Shown piece by piece: positions 11,737 to 14,977 of a stretch of DNA of 14,977 nt. Under the pieces are notes generated by a model. The model had not been told where the DNA came from, did not search any database, and saw nothing but the letters and a program-made list of their open reading frames with translations. The stretch is taken from NCBI GenBank assembly GCA_002189035.1, contig NEEC01000186.1:1-14977 (forward strand). Direction: 5' to 3'. Position 1 is the stretch's first letter. Each line of letters opens with the position of its first letter. The stretch comes from Utricularia gibba. Lineage: Eukaryota > Plantae > Magnoliophyta. Made by a program: the position numbers and the translations under genes.

Positions 11737-11892
11737 AAGCTTTTCCTTGAGAAACCATGTAGGCAGCCAATTAAAACCCAACGTTAAGAAATGCATCAAG
11801 TTTTTTGCCGAGCCACAAATGACTATGGGCCCGAGCTCGACTCGACCTCCTTCTCGATACCGTTGCCCCACGAGAGCGCCTCCTCAGATATA
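11737..11892 (+). repeat. Subunit B (156 bp) of the dimeric monomer
   Basis: Begins AAGCTTTTCCTTGAGAAACCATGTAGG. It shares AAGC, TTGAGAAA-CCAT, TGCATCA and CGAG blocks with subunit A at the same offsets. Confidence 0.85.
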
Positions 11893-14800
11893 AAGCATGC
11901 GGTTGAGAAAACCATTTTGGGTGCTTATGACATCCTAACTTCAATAAGTGCATCACGATTTTCGTCGAGTAGGACCCGATGTGGAAAAAGGAGTCAGACC
12001 GAACCTTGGGTCAGAACGAAGTTCACAACGACATCACCCGCCCAAAAACGACAAGCTTTTCCTTGAGAAACCATGTAGGCAGCCAATTAAAACCCAACGT
12101 TAAGAAATGCATCAAGTTTTTTGCCGAGCCACAAATGACTATGGGCCCGAGCTCGACTCGACCACCTTCTCGATACCGTTGCCCCACGAGAGCGCCTCCT
12201 CAATATAAAGCATGCGGTTGAGAAAACCATTTTGGGTGCTCATGACATCCTAACTTCAATAAGTGCATCACGATTTTCGTCGAGTAGGACCCGATGTGGC
12301 AAAGGAGTCAGACCGAACCTTGGTCAGAACGAAGTTCACAACGACATCACCCGCCCAAAAACGACAAGCTTTTCCTTGAAAAACCATGTAGGCAGCCAAT
12401 TAAAACCAACGTTAAAAATGCATCAAGTTTTTTGCCGAGCCACAAATGACTATGGGCCCGAGCTCGACTCGACCTCCTTCTCGATACCGTTGCCCCACGA
12501 GAGCGCCTCCTCAGATATAAAGCATGCGGTTGAGAAAACCATTTTGGGTGCTTATGACATCCTAACTTCAATAAGTGCATCACGATTTTCGTCGAGTAGC
12601 ACCCGATGTGGAAAAAGGAGTCAGACCGAATCTTGGGTCAGAACGAAGTTCACAACGACATCACCCGCCCAAAAACGACAAGCTTTTCCTTGAGAAACCA
12701 TGTAGGCAGCCAATTAAAACCCAACGTTAAGAAATGCTCAAGTTTTTTGCCGAGCCACAAATGACTATGGGCCCGAGCTCGACTCGACCTCCTTCTCGAT
12801 ACCGTTGCCCCACGAGAGCGCCTCCTCAAGATAAAGCATGCGGTTGAGAAAACCATTTTGGGTGCTTATGACATCCTAACTTCAATAAGCACGATTTCGT
12901 CGAGTAGCACCCGATGTGGAAAAAGGAGTCAGACCGAACTTGGGTCAGAACGAAGTTCACAACGACATCACCCGCCCAAAAACGACAAGCTTTTCCTTGA
13001 GAAACCATGTAGGCAGCCAATTAAAACCCAACGTTAAGAAATGCATCAAGTTTTTTGCCGAGCCACAAATGACTATGGCCCGAGCTCGACTCGACCTCCT
13101 TCTCGATACCGTTGCCCCACGAGAGCGCCCCAGATATAAAGCATGCGGTTGAGAAAACCATTTTGGTGCTTATGACATCCTAACTTCAATAAGTGCATCA
13201 CGATTTTCGTCGAGTAGCACCCGATGTGGAAAAAGGAGTCAGACCGAACTTGGGTCAGAACGAAGTCCACAACGACATCACCCGCCCAAAAACGACAAGC
13301 TTTTCCTTGAGAAACCATGTAGGCAGCCATTAAAACCCAACGTTAAGAAATGCATCAAGTTTTTTGCCGAGCTACAAATGACTATGGGCCCGAGCTCGAC
13401 TCGACCTCCTTCTCGATACCGTTGCCCGAGAGCGCCTCCTCAGATATAAAGCATGCGGTTGAGAAAACCATTTTGGTGCTTATGACATCCTAACTTCAAT
13501 AAGTGCATCACGATTTCGTCGAGTAGGACCCGATGTGGCAAAGGAGTCAGACCGAACTTGGGTCAGAACGAAGTCCACAACGACATCCCCGCCCAAAAAC
13601 GACAAGCTTTTCCTTGAGAAACCATGTAGGCAGCCAATTAAAACCCAACGTTAAGAAATGCATCAAGTTTTTTGCCGAGCTACAAATGACTATGGGCCCG
13701 AGCTCGACTCGACCTCCTTCTCGATACCGTTGCCCCACGAGAGCGCTCCTCAGATATAAAGCATGCGGTTGAGAAAACCATTTTGGGTGCTTATGACATC
13801 CTAACTTCAATAAGTGCATCACGATTTCGTCGAGTAGGACCCGATGTGGAAAAAGGAGTCAGACCGAACTTGGGTCAGAACGAAGTTCACAACGACATCA
13901 CCCGCCCAAAAACGACAAGCTTTTCCTTGAGAAACCATGTAGGCAGCCAATTAAAACCCAACGTTAAGAAATGCATCAAGTTTTTTGCCGAGCACAAATG
14001 ACTATGGGCCGAGCGACCCTCGTTTTGCCCCACGAGAGCGCCTTATCAAATATAAAGCATGCGGTTGAGAAAACCATTTTGGGTGCTCATGACATCCTAA
14101 CTTCAATAAGTGCAGCACGATTTTCGTCGAGTAGGACCCGATGTGGCAAAGGAGTCAGACCGAACCTTGGGTCAGAACGAAGTTCACAACGACATCACGC
14201 CCAAAAACGACAAGCTTTTCCTTGAGAAACCATGTAGGCAGCCAATTAAAACCCAACGTTAAGAATGCATCAAGTTTTTTGCCGAGCCACAAATGACTAT
14301 GGGCCCGAGCTCGACTCGACCTCCTGGATACCGTTGCCCACGAGAGCGCCTCCTCAGATATAAAGCATGCGGTTGAGAAAACATTTTGGGTGCTTATGAC
14401 ATCCTAACTTCAATAAGTGCATCACGATTTTCGTCGAGTAGGACCCGATGTGGAAAAAGAGTCAGACCGAACTTGGGTCAGAACGAAGTTCACAACGACA
14501 TCACCGCCCAAAAACGACAAGCTTTTCCTTGAGAAACCATGTAGCAGCCAATTAAAACCCAACGTTAAGAAATGCATCAAGTTTTTTGCCGAGCCACAAA
14601 TGACTATGGGCCCGAGCTCGACTCGACCTCCTTCTCGATACCGTTGCCCCACGAGAGCGCCTCCTCAGATATAAAGCATGCGGTTGAGAAAACCATTTTG
14701 GGTGCTTATGACATCCTAACTTCAATAAGTGCATCACGATTTCGTCGAGTAGGACCCGATGTGGAAAAAGGAGTCAGACCGAACCTTGGGTCAGAACGAA

Positions 14801-14977
14801 GTTCACAACGACATCACCCGCCCAAAAACGACAAGCTTTTCCTTGAGAAACCATGTAGGCAGCCAATTAAAACCCAACGTTAAGAAATGCATCAAGTTTT
14901 TTGCCGAGCCACAAATGACTATGGGCCCGAGCTCGACTCGACCTCCTTTCGATACCGTTGCCCCACGAGAGCGCCTC

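Larger units (their letters stand above)
11577..11892 (+). repeat. Representative intact monomer (316 bp)
   Basis: Runs from AAGCATGCGG at 11577 to ...CCTCAGATATA at 11892, and the next copy starts at 11893. Hand count is 151/316 G+C (~48%). It carries single SphI (11579), HindIII (11737), AclI (11780), NsiI (11791), ApaI (11827) and SacI (11833) sites. Confidence 0.95.
1..14977 (+). repeat. Tandem satellite DNA array, ~316-bp monomer, about 53 full or partial head-to-tail copies, open at both window edges
   Basis: The marker AAGCATGCGGTTGAGAAAACC (or its remnant) recurs at 46, 359, 670, 981, 1295, 1607, 1919, 2236, 2543, 2854, 3163, 3474, 3788 ... 10950, 11263, 11577, 11893, 12208, 12520, 12834, 13139, 13449, 13759, 14055, 14363 and 14674. 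Spacing is ~305-317 bp in intact regions. No unique sequence separates the copies and I saw no inverted copies. Confidence 0.98.

Noticed and set aside
11599-11781. Degenerate telomere-like words (TTTTGGGT, CTTGGGT, AAAACCCAA)
   Set aside because: They are isolated, lie on both strands, are not tandem, and include no exact TTTAGGG or TTAGGG. This is too weak to call telomeric.
11579-11838. Cluster of 6-bp palindromes (SphI, HindIII, AclI, NsiI, ApaI, SacI), resembling a synthetic polylinker
   Set aside because: About 5 six-base palindromes are expected by chance in 316 bp, so six is unremarkable. Only ApaI and SacI are adjacent.
11577-11892. A further ~79-bp sub-subunit periodicity
   Set aside because: Weak echoes (AACCATTTTGGGTG vs AACCTTGGGTC) are ~92 bp apart and do not extend, so there is no consistent third level below 158 bp.
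16-14883. About 100 ORFs of 60-197 aa, including 8128..8721 (197 aa) and 9663..10145 (160 aa)
   Set aside because: All are translations of the same monomer in shifting frames (recurring HAVEKTILG, SFSLRNHVGSQLKPN, MHQVFCRATNDYG). The 316-bp unit is not a multiple of 3, indels break frames freely, and I recognise no protein domain.
1-14977. CRISPR array
   Set aside because: There are no unique spacers, the repeat is ~316 bp rather than ~25-45 bp, and no cas genes are present.
1-14977. Rolling-circle concatemer of a ~316-nt circle (viroid-like RNA, eccDNA or MDA product)
   Set aside because: The size fits, but copies of one template would not show an ordered HOR or position-restricted SNP tracts. 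I found no hammerhead core (CTGATGA...GAAA) on either strand and no obvious rod-like self-complementarity. A folding run on the consensus would close this fully.
1-14977. 5S rDNA, tRNA or snRNA tandem gene cluster, or rDNA spacer subrepeats
   Set aside because: I recognise no 5S rRNA, tRNA cloverleaf or Pol III A/B/C boxes in the monomer. No rRNA gene is present, and 15 kb is long for spacer subrepeats.

Overview
The whole 14,977-bp window is one head-to-tail tandem array (satellite DNA) of a ~316-bp, ~48% GC monomer. I count about 53 full or truncated copies, all in the same orientation, and the array runs off both ends. There is no credible protein-coding gene, RNA gene, CRISPR array or transposon: every ORF in the track is a frameshift-shuffled translation of the same monomer. 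The interest lies in the array's internal structure. (1) Each 316-bp monomer is an ancient dimer of two diverged ~158-bp subunits (160 + 156 bp). (2) The first ~3.5 kb shows a 3-mer/2-mer higher-order repeat defined by linked substitutions. (3) The right end is a more homogenised variant with short overlapping tracts of private SNPs. (4) The middle (~6.0-10.6 kb) holds many deleted or scrambled monomers that may be real or long-read consensus artefacts. The sequence looks like a eukaryotic, possibly plant, satellite, but I cannot identify the family or organism from the sequence alone.
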